Below the pieces are notes generated by a model that was not told where the DNA came from, did no database searches, and saw only the letters and a list, made by a program, of their open reading frames with translations. The position numbers were made by a program, and so were the translations under genes. Shown here in pieces: positions 39,094 through 48,812 of a stretch of DNA of 55,099 bases. The stretch is from an uncultured virus (IMG/VR IMGVR_UViG_3300005662_000026). Taxonomy: Duplodnaviria; Heunggongvirae; Uroviricota; Caudoviricetes. Location of the stretch: the IMG/VR virus record IMGVR_UViG_3300005662_000026; one strand, written 5' to 3'. Position 1 is the first letter of the stretch. Every line of letters starts with the position of its first letter.

Positions 39094-40372
39094 TATTTGT
39101 TTTAGGTTCTACAATAACATTATCAAAATCAATAACCACTTTAGTTATTATCTCTTCAACTGGTTCTACAACTTCTTCAGTAATAGTTTCTGTTTCTTCA
39201 ACAGTTGATTCTACTGCTTCTGTTTCTAAGTCAACTACTGTTTCATTAACTTCTTCTTCTTCAACAGGGGAAGGTACATAATCATCAACAAATGTTAATG
39301 TATAGTTTTCATTTAAACTTTGTAAGAAATTTTCAGATAAAGTAACAGTTTTTACTTTAAAAATCTGAGTATCACCGTTTCTTATTATGTCTCCCCCTAG
39401 ATGCTTTAGCAATATATCAAGGTTATCTTTTGTTAACTTACCATGCTTTTTAAGTCTAATAGTAATTTCATCAATATTTAAATGATAGTAACCACCTTTT
39501 ATTTCCATTAATGCCAATAAAGACTTGAAGTTAACATGATTTCTAGTTTTATTAGTCTGCATTTTATTAGCATAATTATAAAATAACAAACCTAAGTACA
39601 ATAAACTATCTTCAAAGTTTGAATTAGCCATAATCTCCATAGCTAATGTCCAGTTATCATTGTCAGAACTATTAAACATCTCACATAAACTCTCATACAT
39701 TTCTCCTTCAATAGGTAATGCATCTGAACCATTTATATATTTAAGTAAGTCAGATTCAGAATATACAGGAACAGTAGAATTAACTACAGCATCATATGTA
39801 TCTTTTTCCTTAATATAAACAAATGAACTAGAATTCATTTCAATACCAGATGTAATTGCATATGGTATATGTTTATATTCTAATACATTTTTACTATGAT
39901 AACTAAGACAAACATATTCATTTGTAACAAAATCAAGTGCTGTAGTAACTTTATCAAAGTAATAATCATCAATATGCTTTAATGCATGTGCTTGTGTAAA
40001 AAATTCTCTTATTACAGATGCATTTGCTTTATAATACCAATGATTTTCAGTCAACTTATGCATATTTTCTATAGATACAAATACTGCTGTTGCTGAATTC
40101 ATATCAATAGTTGACTTAATCTTATATTCTTTTGTAAGATTTTTAAGTTTAACTCTTGGTATACTAGTATATTTAGCTAGATATACTTTATCATTTAACT
40201 GTGGTTCATATCCTTGTTGTATATTAGGATAAGTTATACTAGATTTACCATAATCATTAAATTGACCTATTTTTGTATCAATTTCAACATCAAAACTTAA
40301 TAAATTTAAATCATGATTATCATAAAAATCTGTGTCACCTAATGATACATGAAATATTAATGTATTTTCCAT
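39074..40372 (-). CDS. Hypothetical protein with SSDxDN helical domain and acidic tail
   Basis: 432-aa ORF; shares a domain with 43863-44267. Confidence 0.7.
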   Translation of the reverse strand: MENTLIFHVSLGDTDFYDNHDLNLLSFDVEIDTKIGQFNDYGKSSITYPNIQQGYEPQLNDKVYLAKYTSIPRVKLKNLTKEYKIKSTIDMNSATAVFVSIENMHKLTENHWYYKANASVIREFFTQAHALKHIDDYYFDKVTTALDFVTNEYVCLSYHSKNVLEYKHIPYAITSGIEMNSSSFVYIKEKDTYDAVVNSTVPVYSESDLLKYINGSDALPIEGEMYESLCEMFNSSDNDNWTLAMEIMANSNFEDSLLYLGLLFYNYANKMQTNKTRNHVNFKSLLALMEIKGGYYHLNIDEITIRLKKHGKLTKDNLDILLKHLGGDIIRNGDTQIFKVKTVTLSENFLQSLNENYTLTFVDDYVPSPVEEEEVNETVVDLETEAVESTVEETETITEEVVEPVEEIITKVVIDFDNVIVEPKTNNDGYFL

Positions 40373-40384
40373 ATTAATTTTATT

Positions 40385-40410
40385 AAAAAAGCGGCTTTTT
40401 ACACCGCTTT
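40385..40410 (-). terminator. Rho-independent terminator after the MoxR ATPase gene
   Basis: AAAGCGG/CCGCTTT stem with a U-tract on the minus strand. Confidence 0.6.
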
Positions 40411-40425
40411 ATTATTAATTATTTA

Positions 40426-41178
40426 TTATTTAACTGCCATTTTAACTACAAGTGGATTCTGCATTAATCTAGCAAACTTAGGTTTATTACCAGCTAAAAT
40501 CTCTTTAACCATATAATATCTAAGATCATTAGTGAATGCATCACAGTCTGTAGTCAATTTAACCAAACGGTTAATCATTGTATCACTGATGCTGTGCTCA
40601 GATGCATACTTCAATGAATAGTTAATAATCCTTGTAGTAATAATACTACTGATGTCAGCTCTAAAATCATCTCCGTTACCTACAGCACCATTCAATGCTC
40701 CAACTACATATGCCTCATTAGTATTAGTCATAATATCTTGAGGAGAAATGATTTTATCCATTTTATTATTAATGAACATAGTAAACATACTAGAGAACTC
40801 AGCTCCAACAGAACCCTCACCAATCATTTGGATTAATGGTAACTGCTCTTCAAACTTCTCAATAGAACTAATAGCATTGAAGAAAGTAGTAATAGCTCTT
40901 GGATTAACTCTTTGAGTTACTACTTCTGGGTGCATCAACATAAAGTTAATACATCTACCATCAATACCAACTTGCTCTGCCCACTTAGCCCATACATTAA
41001 TATCAAACTTAACCTCAACTGAGATAAATCTAGTCTTTTGAGCAACATCTAATGCAGTTACATTATAGTCACCATTATCTGGATTAGAAGTCAATACAAT
41101 GTGCCAGTTCTTAGGTAATGCCCATGAAATATATTCTTGCTGATCAATTAATTCCATTGTTGCTTGCATAAAGCGGTG
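40426..41178 (-). CDS. MoxR-like AAA+ ATPase, exon 2
   Basis: Begins CAC CGC TTT ATG (HRFMQATMELID...IVLTSNP...KTRF), continuing Walker B LDDYTRAD of exon 1 in frame; spliced product is 391 aa. Confidence 0.88.
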   Translation of the reverse strand, partial: HRFMQATMELIDQQEYISWALPKNWHIVLTSNPDNGDYNVTALDVAQKTRFISVEVKFDINVWAKWAEQVGIDGRCINFMLMHPEVVTQRVNPRAITTFFNAISSIEKFEEQLPLIQMIGEGSVGAEFSSMFTMFINNKMDKIISPQDIMTNTNEAYVVGALNGAVGNGDDFRADISSIITTRIINYSLKYASEHSISDTMINRLVKLTTDCDAFTNDLRYYMVKEILAGNKPKFARLMQNPLVVKMAVK

Positions 41179-42225
41179 CATTATGTTATCTCATAGGCTC
41201 TTTATCCTATGATTCTGTAGTTTCTTTTAGATTATATCTACAGTTCAGACTATATCATCACATATTTCTATGTGTTCTGCGCTCTTGGTATTTTACTGCC
41301 TGTTCTAGGCTCCATATACTAGTCGTTGCACCTTCCTTACATCCCTGTAAGGCTTGGCTCAGGATTGTCCATCTCTGGAGTTTCCCTGAATTCACAGAAT
41401 TTATTGCGGACCAACCACTTTATGCTTTTTTCCATCTATAACCACCAGCAGTTAAGTCTTTAGATATTGCTCTATTAATATTAGAGATACTAAGTTCTTT
41501 ACTTGCTTGTTTTATAGACTCCCATTTTTTGATAAAAGTATTATCATTAGTATATTGTAATACTGGTTCTAACTTGTATTGTTTAGTCTTTAAAAGCACA
41601 TAAGGGGCTTTATAAAAGGACCAAACAAATCCTCCAGCAGAGGTTTGTTTTAAACTACACACTGCTTTTATACTGTTAATACTTTTAGCATTAATAGATT
41701 TAGCAGCAGCTGTAAAAGATTCAAAACTTTCTAAATATTCACCTTTTTCTAGTGAATACTTATGTACTGCTCTAAGATTATGAGGTTTTAAACCATTTGC
41801 ATAAGCTTTTTTCTTAGCATCACTTATTCTTTGTTTATAAATATCATCTCTAACTAGAGTTTGTGGATCTAGTATATGATTTATATAAGGAATAATTGTG
41901 TTAATATAATAAGCTTCTCTTTCAATTAAAATATCATCAGTGCATTCCTCTACAATATTAAAGTAAATTTCATCTTTACCATATTTATTATATAAGTTTT
42001 GCATTGTTCTATTATGATGTTTTAAATTTTTAAGAGACCACAAATGGTGTTTTAACCTATGACCAATATTACAAGAGCTACCAATGTACTCTTTATCATT
42101 AATTTTAATTTTATAGATTCCTATACACTTTAATGCTGTCTTAAGTGTTTCTGTGTTTAATTTTTCCATATCATAAAGATAATCAAATTATTCACACTAA
42201 CACAACTAGACTGCATATTTTGTTA
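41179..42225 (-). mobile_element. Group I self-splicing intron (IA-like) in the MoxR ATPase gene, 1047 nt, endonuclease ORF in loop L1
   Basis: Minus strand: P AAUUCAGGGAA, Q AAUCCUGAGCC, R GUGCAACGACUA, S GAUGAUAUAGUCU, P3 UUCUGUG/CGCAGAA. IGS GUCCGC pairs with exon end GCGGAU (U.G at the splice site); AAAGUGGUUG pairs with exon 2 CACCGCUUU (P10); terminal G. Confidence 0.92.
41420..42169 (-). CDS. Intron-encoded GIY-YIG homing endonuclease with two NUMOD1-like DNA-binding repeats
   Basis: GIYKIKINDKEYIGSS...RLKHH; V.(K/Q)Y......(F/W)ES...A....AGG(F/Y).W occurs twice. Confidence 0.9.
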   Translation of the reverse strand: MEKLNTETLKTALKCIGIYKIKINDKEYIGSSCNIGHRLKHHLWSLKNLKHHNRTMQNLYNKYGKDEIYFNIVEECTDDILIEREAYYINTIIPYINHILDPQTLVRDDIYKQRISDAKKKAYANGLKPHNLRAVHKYSLEKGEYLESFESFTAAAKSINAKSINSIKAVCSLKQTSAGGFVWSFYKAPYVLLKTKQYKLEPVLQYTNDNTFIKKWESIKQASKELSISNINRAISKDLTAGGYRWKKA

Positions 42226-42648
42226 ATCCGCACGTGTATAATCATCTAAGATTAAGAAACCACCTTCACCTTTACCTTGAATCCACTCAGGAGCAGCATG
42301 AGACATTCTGCTATTGCTAGTTGGTCTATACCTATTCTTGATATAAGTCTCCATTAAAGACTCTTGAACCCACTTAACAACACCATCTTCTCTTACCATC
42401 TCAAACTCTTTGAATGGAAACCCAATCAAATCACCTAACTCCTCAATTTGTGAAAGATTTAATTTAATAATATCCATACCCATCTCAGTTGCTAATTGCT
42501 TAACAGCTGAAGTCTTACCAAGACCTGCATCACCTTCTACGTTAATTGCAACAGGTACTTTACCTTCAGCTTGGATATATTGATTATTATTAACAATGTG
42601 TTTTAAAAACCCTTTTAACTCTTCTACATTTAATTGAACTTGACTCAT
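42226..42648 (-). CDS. MoxR-like AAA+ ATPase, exon 1
   Basis: Walker A GDAGLGKTS, DLIGFP, Walker B FLILDDYTRAD; the following TAA is the first intron triplet. Confidence 0.9.
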
Positions 42649-42667
42649 CTTTTTTAATTTTTTAAAT

Positions 42668-43870
42668 TTATAATTCTAACTTGATAACCTTACCTGGTAG
42701 GTCTGTATTCATATATGATTGTTCAGACAGCACCCATAAAATAGGAGCTTTAGGTTTAACGCTTGTATAGCATTCACCATCAGTAAAATACACCAAGCTA
42801 GTATATTTTCTTATATTTTCATTATAATATTCAAGGACGGGATCAAATTCAGTCCCACCTCTACCATATATCTTAATTTCATTTTTACCTTTATACGGCT
42901 CTATACTCTTAATAGCCGTATCACACTGAACTATTGTAATATCAACACCTTGTTTATAGATGTGATGTATCTCATTCATGAACTCATGTAATTCTTTATC
43001 ACATACAGAACCTGAAGTATCAATAGCCAACAACATATGTTGTTTCATTTTAATCTTTAGACCAGGATTTTCAGAATATCTTCTATTCTCTTTTCTCCTT
43101 ATCTTTTTAGTATACACTTTAGATGATACACCAGTAAATCTTCTGATATAACCTTTCCAATCAAACTTAGGTGGAGTGATTGCCTCCATTTCAAGTAAGC
43201 CCTCAATTTCTCCAGGAACATTACCTCTTTTCTTTTCAGTCATTTCCTTAGCATCATTGAGAATCTTATTCAATTGCTTCTCAATTAGCTTCTGTTCAGC
43301 CTCAGTTAAATCTTCAAAATCAGACCATGTTGGATGATCACTTGGCATACCGTCACCAGAGTCCATCTGATCACACAATTTGTCAAAGTTTTCATCACCA
43401 CTAGTTCCATCTTCACCACCTTTGTCTTTCTGTTCTTTAGCTTGTTGTAGTTTCTCATAATAATATCTACAACCAGCTTTTCTGTCTAAGTTTAAATCAG
43501 GATAATCATCTATATTGATACCACCTTCTGGGAGATAATCTGTATCAATATACTGATTGATCTCCATATCCATTGCAACATTAGCAAGCTTCTTATCACT
43601 AAACTTAAAATACATAGTCAAATGACCAAATGCAATATGCAAAAGCTCATGTTTAAGTAATCCAAGTTTGTGATCTTCACTTAATCCTGTCCAGAATTCT
43701 TCATTAATAGTAAGCTGATAATTAATATTATGTTTACTAACACCAGCAGTAGGAACTTTTTTATTATCCCATACTTTATTCAACATAATTAAAAAGAACC
43801 CATAATAAGGCTCCTTTAACATTAAGTCTTTACTGGTTTTTGCTAAACTATCTTCTCTAGTTTTAGTCAT
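42668..43870 (-). CDS. Metallopeptidase-like + VWA domain protein (DUF2201-like), MoxR partner
   Basis: HELLH (HExxH), NVAMDMEINQ, MIDAS IDTSGS, GGTEF, FTDG; directly upstream of the AAA gene. Confidence 0.88.
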   Translation of the reverse strand: MTKTREDSLAKTSKDLMLKEPYYGFFLIMLNKVWDNKKVPTAGVSKHNINYQLTINEEFWTGLSEDHKLGLLKHELLHIAFGHLTMYFKFSDKKLANVAMDMEINQYIDTDYLPEGGINIDDYPDLNLDRKAGCRYYYEKLQQAKEQKDKGGEDGTSGDENFDKLCDQMDSGDGMPSDHPTWSDFEDLTEAEQKLIEKQLNKILNDAKEMTEKKRGNVPGEIEGLLEMEAITPPKFDWKGYIRRFTGVSSKVYTKKIRRKENRRYSENPGLKIKMKQHMLLAIDTSGSVCDKELHEFMNEIHHIYKQGVDITIVQCDTAIKSIEPYKGKNEIKIYGRGGTEFDPVLEYYNENIRKYTSLVYFTDGECYTSVKPKAPILWVLSEQSYMNTDLPGKVIKLEL

Positions 43871-44267
43871 GTTTCAATGTTATTGAATAATTTAATTTAT
43901 CTGTAGGATAACCCCAATGACCCATAGTTTTTGTTAATTCTTCTACATGCCATTCTAAAAATGTATCAACTACAGATGGTTCTGCATTTATATTAAGTAA
44001 TGTACTTAGTATTCTATCCACAGAAGGTTTATACTCACTATGTATTGGATACTTTTTTACTATCTCATACATTTTAGGTACTTCTTTATTCCAATACTCA
44101 TTACCATTATTACTTGCTGCATATATTAATAACACCCAAGGTAATGATTCTTTTAAATCACAGTTATTAAGTATCTCATTAGCAACAGTATGATTATCTT
44201 TATCAGATGACTCATACATTTTAATAATATTTATATATTCTTCTTTTGTCAGTACTACTTTTTCCAT
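43863..44267 (-). CDS. Hypothetical protein, stand-alone SSDxDN helical domain
   Basis: 134 aa; aligns by eye with an internal domain of 39074-40372. Confidence 0.7.
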   Translation of the reverse strand: MEKVVLTKEEYINIIKMYESSDKDNHTVANEILNNCDLKESLPWVLLIYAASNNGNEYWNKEVPKMYEIVKKYPIHSEYKPSVDRILSTLLNINAEPSVVDTFLEWHVEELTKTMGHWGYPTDKLNYSITLKHD

Positions 44268-44273
44268 CAGTCT

Positions 44274-44609
44274 TTATAAATTTTTTGGATCAACACCTCT
44301 TACTTTTATCAAATACTGCTTGTATTGTTCTATAGTTATTGTACGTACACCTTCATACAGTTCACCTTTATCAAATATTTCTCTTACAGTTGCTAAAGAA
44401 TCAAATGTATTCATATATAATTCACCCATAAATGATGGCTCTCTGTTAAAAACAGATGGATCTATCAATAATTGAGTTTCTTTTACACCTTCACTATTCC
44501 TTACACAAATAAATTCTACTTGTAAACTTGGCTCATCAGGGTGGGCCTCATTTGTGAAAACCACTTTGATTTTCTCATTTTCTAGTTTAATTTCTTTTAC
44601 TTCTTCCAT
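44274..44609 (-). CDS. Hypothetical protein
   Basis: 111-aa ORF in operon. Confidence 0.65.
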   Translation of the reverse strand: MEEVKEIKLENEKIKVVFTNEAHPDEPSLQVEFICVRNSEGVKETQLLIDPSVFNREPSFMGELYMNTFDSLATVREIFDKGELYEGVRTITIEQYKQYLIKVRGVDPKNL

Positions 44610-44620
44610 TACTTTTTACT

Positions 44621-44911
44621 TTAATATTTTAACAATACATTTTTAATTATACTTACAGCACTTGCTCTATGAAGTAAAGCTTCAAGTCCTCTTAAATCAG
44701 TAATAGTTATACAATTTATATTAAGATTTAGAGTTTCACCAAGGTTATGAGATGCTGCTAATAACTTTACCATATAGTTATTATCAATACCATAATCTTT
44801 GCTTAAAAACAATGTCAAATTTGGATAAAAGGTATGTGTATACTGTTGATTTTCTATATCAGAACATACCCAGTCATTTTTTAATAAACATTCATGTGTT
44901 ATATTTTCCAT
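44621..44911 (-). CDS. Hypothetical protein
   Basis: 96-aa ORF coupled to the upstream stop. Confidence 0.65.
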   Translation of the reverse strand: MENITHECLLKNDWVCSDIENQQYTHTFYPNLTLFLSKDYGIDNNYMVKLLAASHNLGETLNLNINCITITDLRGLEALLHRASAVSIIKNVLLKY

Positions 44912-45258
44912 CAGTCTTCAATTTTTAAAGTTTTTATTGCCCATTCTTTAGGTTTACCACTGGCAATCATGTCAACCCATTCCTTTGCTGTAGGAATATA
45001 TCCATTACAATCTTCTTTTACATGTTGTTCACCAACATATCTTGTGTATACAGTTTTACCATCTGAGTTGACAAAAGACATTCCAAATATCTTTTCACAT
45101 TCAAATATACCTTCACTATGATGTCTAAACATTCTGTGTTTACTATGCCCAATCCATTTTTTAGTTTCATCAAACCAATTATGAATTGCAATATAATCAC
45201 TCCATTCTCCACCCCATTTTTTTATTGAGGATTTACAGTGTTCTAAAGGATGTGCCAT
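44911..45258 (-). CDS. His-rich conserved protein (DUF6915-like)
   Basis: MAHP..H..SS...WGG...DY..IH.WFDETK...HR..RHH.EGIF...VGEQHV.ED pattern. Confidence 0.7.
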   Translation of the reverse strand: MAHPLEHCKSSIKKWGGEWSDYIAIHNWFDETKKWIGHSKHRMFRHHSEGIFECEKIFGMSFVNSDGKTVYTRYVGEQHVKEDCNGYIPTAKEWVDMIASGKPKEWAIKTLKIED

Positions 45259-45650
45259 TATTTTTTATTTTTTTCAAATAGATTACCTTCATGCGTATAC
45301 TCTTCCTCATGAACAACTCTAACATTATTCTGAATTGAATAGGTACCTACCTCTACATCTATATGTATAGTACCCCAACCACCATCATCATTCCACCAAT
45401 CTTCAATATCATTAAGTAGTTGTTCAGAACAAAAGTCATCAACTAATGAATATAAACTGCTATTAAGTTTTTGTAAGTCATCACCTACCTGCCAATCTTC
45501 TAAATCTTCAAAAGTAATATTAGAATCTGTTGTACTTTGTATAGAATCAATACATCCGCTATCACCGCTTCCTTCATAATAGACTCTTACTTTTTTTATA
45601 CCAGCATTTACTAATCCAATTAGTATGCTCTCAATATTATTTTCAGCCAT
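45258..45650 (-). CDS. Acidic conserved protein (DUF6878-like)
   Basis: V.YEGSGDSG.I and DWWNDDGGWG.I motifs; coupled to the DUF6915-like gene. Confidence 0.65.
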   Translation of the reverse strand: MAENNIESILIGLVNAGIKKVRVYYEGSGDSGCIDSIQSTTDSNITFEDLEDWQVGDDLQKLNSSLYSLVDDFCSEQLLNDIEDWWNDDGGWGTIHIDVEVGTYSIQNNVRVVHEEEYTHEGNLFEKNKK

Positions 45651-45652
45651 AA

Positions 45653-46078
45653 TTATTTTATTTTATAGAATCTACCTAGTATGTTACCATTCAAGTATTC
45701 TTCTTTCTCAAGTACTTCATACATAAACTGGTGTTTAGTTTCTTGATAAGTAAGTTCCATTCCAGTATAACATATTCTAAGTATTTCTCTTTTAATTACT
45801 ATACCTGCTTTGTGAGCATCTTTAAGTATTTTATTACTACTGTAATATCTCATAAAGTCAGGTTTTAATTCCCTTGTGTATTTTTTTAATCTTTTATCAG
45901 TAGACATTGCTAATGCTTTCTTACCTAATGGTTTTTTAATATTGGCAAAGAAGTTCTTCTTACCAATATAAGCAACAGATTTACCATCTATAATAGCAGT
46001 CATAATGTAAATAAAGCCAACACCACCTTCAGGTATGTTACTCTCAGTAAATTCTTTACCTTTATATATCCAACTCAT
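45653..46078 (-). CDS. Stand-alone GIY-YIG nuclease (T4 endonuclease II/DenA-like)
   Basis: W.Y, GFIYIMT...YIGKK, YYSS, REIL..C, Y.E...QF...VL...YLNGNI. Confidence 0.7.
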   Translation of the reverse strand: MSWIYKGKEFTESNIPEGGVGFIYIMTAIIDGKSVAYIGKKNFFANIKKPLGKKALAMSTDKRLKKYTRELKPDFMRYYSSNKILKDAHKAGIVIKREILRICYTGMELTYQETKHQFMYEVLEKEEYLNGNILGRFYKIK

Positions 46079-46089
46079 ATCAATATGTA

Positions 46090-46338
46090 TTATGCGTTTC
46101 CTTTTGGTACAATAGTTATTGGATTCACAAATGTTTCTTCAACTTTAAAAATCTCACTTAACATTTTAATCACAGCATCTTGTTCATGAATTGGTGTATT
46201 ATCTCTTAATGCGTCTACTAATGAACCAATAGTTGATGCAATATGAACTGCAGTTACACCTTCTATCTTTACATTTTTATTAAACTCATAAGGTTTATCT
46301 TTTTCAAATTTAAACTTAATTGTTATTTTACCTTTCAT
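46090..46338 (-). CDS. Hypothetical protein
   Basis: 82-aa ORF overlapping the primase stop. Confidence 0.6.
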   Translation of the reverse strand: MKGKITIKFKFEKDKPYEFNKNVKIEGVTAVHIASTIGSLVDALRDNTPIHEQDAVIKMLSEIFKVEETFVNPITIVPKGNA

Positions 46339-47314
46339 GTATTGCTTGTTTTAATAGTGGAAATATCTCCTCTTTTACTTTTTGTATACCATGTACTTTA
46401 ATAGAATCAGATACATCTTTCTCCATGTTTAATATGATATAGTTAAGACCATATCTTTCTTTATACTTTTTCATAGAATTTATACCGGCTTCATCATTAT
46501 CAAATAGTATACATATGCTTTGATACTTTTCTTTTAGCTTATCAATACTTGACTCTTTTATCAATGTATTCTCACTATCTGGTGCAATACACTCAATATT
46601 ACTGAATCCAAGCTTGTTAAATGCCATAATATCCTTTAAAGATGAAGTAATAACAAGATACTTTTTAGTTAGTGTTAACTGTTCAGAACCCTGTATATAA
46701 TTACCTAGCTTAAGGAATTTTTTATTTTGATTTTTTGGCTGATAGATTTTATATAATGTACCATCATTTTTAAAATAACCATATAAGTTAAAACCATTTA
46801 TAGTTATCTCAGTAATTTTACCATCAGGTTCAGTACGTGATAGTTTATAATACTCTAATGGAGATACGTTATATGCATCTAGCATCTTTGAACCTATATG
46901 ATAATCACCCCAATACTTTTGATCAAAATTACTCCAATGTCTTATTGTGTAATCAGAAACCTTAAATGTATCATAATGCTTAATCTCAGGCATTTCATAT
47001 GTCTTATTATCTTTAAGATACTGCTTATAATCATCAATAACTCTGAATATAGCAAGTCTTCTATCAAGACTAAACATATTTTCTATCAGTGATACAGAAT
47101 CACCTTGAAGACCTGATGAAAAATCTTTATACTTATAAGTCATAGTATTAACATCTACGTAAATATACATAGATGGAGTTTTCTCAAGTTTAAATACAGA
47201 TCTTATCTTAATCTGTTGTCCATCTAATTTTTCAGTAAGATTTAAATAGTGTTCAAATATCCATGTGACTGGTACGTCACCTATTGAAACAGCATTACTT
47301 TTTGTAGAAATCAT
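46328..47314 (-). CDS. DNA primase (TOPRIM domain)
   Basis: EKTPS...YKDFSSG..GD N-terminal region; ITSSLKD, LFDNDEAG, KDVSD TOPRIM motifs. Confidence 0.85.
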   Translation of the reverse strand: MISTKSNAVSIGDVPVTWIFEHYLNLTEKLDGQQIKIRSVFKLEKTPSMYIYVDVNTMTYKYKDFSSGLQGDSVSLIENMFSLDRRLAIFRVIDDYKQYLKDNKTYEMPEIKHYDTFKVSDYTIRHWSNFDQKYWGDYHIGSKMLDAYNVSPLEYYKLSRTEPDGKITEITINGFNLYGYFKNDGTLYKIYQPKNQNKKFLKLGNYIQGSEQLTLTKKYLVITSSLKDIMAFNKLGFSNIECIAPDSENTLIKESSIDKLKEKYQSICILFDNDEAGINSMKKYKERYGLNYIILNMEKDVSDSIKVHGIQKVKEEIFPLLKQAIHER

Positions 47315-47330
47315 AATATATAACTTTAAT

Positions 47331-47362
47331 AAAAAAGGGAGCCTTTTTTCTGACTCCCTTTT
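47331..47362 (-). terminator. Rho-independent terminator
   Basis: AAAAGGGAG/CTCCCTTTT stem flanked by A/T runs. Confidence 0.7.
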
Positions 47363-47371
47363 AAACTATTG

Positions 47372-48058
47372 TTAGTCTAAATCAAAGTCAGTAGCTGCCT
47401 TGCTTGATACTGCAAAATCATCATCATCATTACCAAAAGCTTCTACTTTTTTAGCTTCTAGTTTTTTAAGATGTAAAGCTTCAGAATATAGTAATTGTTT
47501 ACCTGATCCAAGTTTAGCAAATGCAAACCCGTCTCTAGAAGATTTAGGCAAATATAAGTCATAATTTGTATAACCTGTTTTACCTTCATATTCTTTACCT
47601 GCAATACAGAAATCCATAAACTTATCTTTATATGGTGCTGTAGTATTAAATGCAGAGATAAAATCTTCTATAGTATCATGTTTGTTATCTTGTTCATCAA
47701 ACCAAGCTAACATATCTAATGTAGTACAAATAGATTTTAAGAATACTAAAATAGAGTTATCTCTATAGATTTTTACACCAGACTTAGTAGTACCATCAGC
47801 AAATGCATATTGACCTGCTTTTACTCTACCAATTTGACCAGCATAGTGACCTAAAGACTCATTGTCTTTATCAATCATAAAACCTTCAAACCCTTCAATA
47901 GGCTCAGTCTCAACATTCAAGATTATCTGTAATGCACCAGGAATAAACTTAAAATCTTCAGCTATAAGACTGTTAATTTTTAATTTATGATTACCTGGTG
48001 TGATTGTTTTAGGTAACCCATTACCACCTGCGTTTACATCTTTAGTTCCAATTGCCAT
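47372..48058 (-). CDS. Putative single-stranded DNA-binding protein
   Basis: Follows the Sak4-like ATPase; beta-rich; acidic/aromatic C-terminal tail DDDDF...DFDLD. Function is inferred. Confidence 0.55.
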   Translation of the reverse strand: MAIGTKDVNAGGNGLPKTITPGNHKLKINSLIAEDFKFIPGALQIILNVETEPIEGFEGFMIDKDNESLGHYAGQIGRVKAGQYAFADGTTKSGVKIYRDNSILVFLKSICTTLDMLAWFDEQDNKHDTIEDFISAFNTTAPYKDKFMDFCIAGKEYEGKTGYTNYDLYLPKSSRDGFAFAKLGSGKQLLYSEALHLKKLEAKKVEAFGNDDDDFAVSSKAATDFDLD

Positions 48059-48081
48059 GTTTTCTTATTTTTATTTATTAA

Positions 48082-48810
48082 TTATTTATATACTTCTTCC
48101 CAGTGAGTTACTACCTCACCCTTTTCATTAACTTCACTAATTACTACTTCTGCATTTCTTAAATGATCAGGTCTAGCACCACAAGTTGTTTCATCATTAG
48201 TTTTAAAACTTAATACAACCTTGTTACCTTTTCTAAACATGTAACCAATAGCATCAGCATTTGCACAAATCAAAGATTTAATCTTACCAGTTAAATCAAT
48301 ATTAGCAGCCATTACCATCTCACCTTTATCATCAACTTGTTTGTCTTTGATATGACCAGATAAAATAATGTGGTCAGCTAACTTATCAACATAGTTTAAT
48401 ACGTCAAAGAAAGCTTCTCTTATATACAAATAACCTGCACCATTTGGTAATGTAATTACACTGTCTCCATCATAATTTTTACCCATAGGTGTTGCTTTGT
48501 ACTTCTTTACAGCTAATGGCATAACCATTTCTTCTAATGCAGTTACAGTATCAATAGTGATAAACTTATAAGGTTTACCTGCTTCTTCTACTGCTTTACC
48601 AATTGCTAATAGTTCTTTCAAACTACTTGCTTTTACTTTTACTGCATCAACATAGTCAGTACCATTTTCCAAATCAATGATTAAATTACCATCTAAACCT
48701 GCAAAAGCTGTTGTTTTACCAGTCTTGGGTTTAGAGTAGATAACTAATCTTTTTGGATTCTGTCTTGTTGCACTTACCTTTTTAGTAGGCAATACTAATC
48801 CTTCACTCAT
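48082..48810 (-). CDS. AAA_24 / Sak4-like P-loop ATPase (recombinase)
   Basis: YSKPKTGKTT, IDLENG, ITIDTVT, ILSGH, ADAIGY. Confidence 0.82.
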   Translation of the reverse strand: MSEGLVLPTKKVSATRQNPKRLVIYSKPKTGKTTAFAGLDGNLIIDLENGTDYVDAVKVKASSLKELLAIGKAVEEAGKPYKFITIDTVTALEEMVMPLAVKKYKATPMGKNYDGDSVITLPNGAGYLYIREAFFDVLNYVDKLADHIILSGHIKDKQVDDKGEMVMAANIDLTGKIKSLICANADAIGYMFRKGNKVVLSFKTNDETTCGARPDHLRNAEVVISEVNEKGEVVTHWEEVYK

Positions 48811-48812
48811 TT

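Noticed and set aside
40426..42648. MoxR ATPase as a pseudogene, intein-containing gene or two separate genes
   Set aside because: A full group I core, IGS pairing and exact in-frame restoration are present; there is a stop after exon 1 and no intein C/S...HN motifs.
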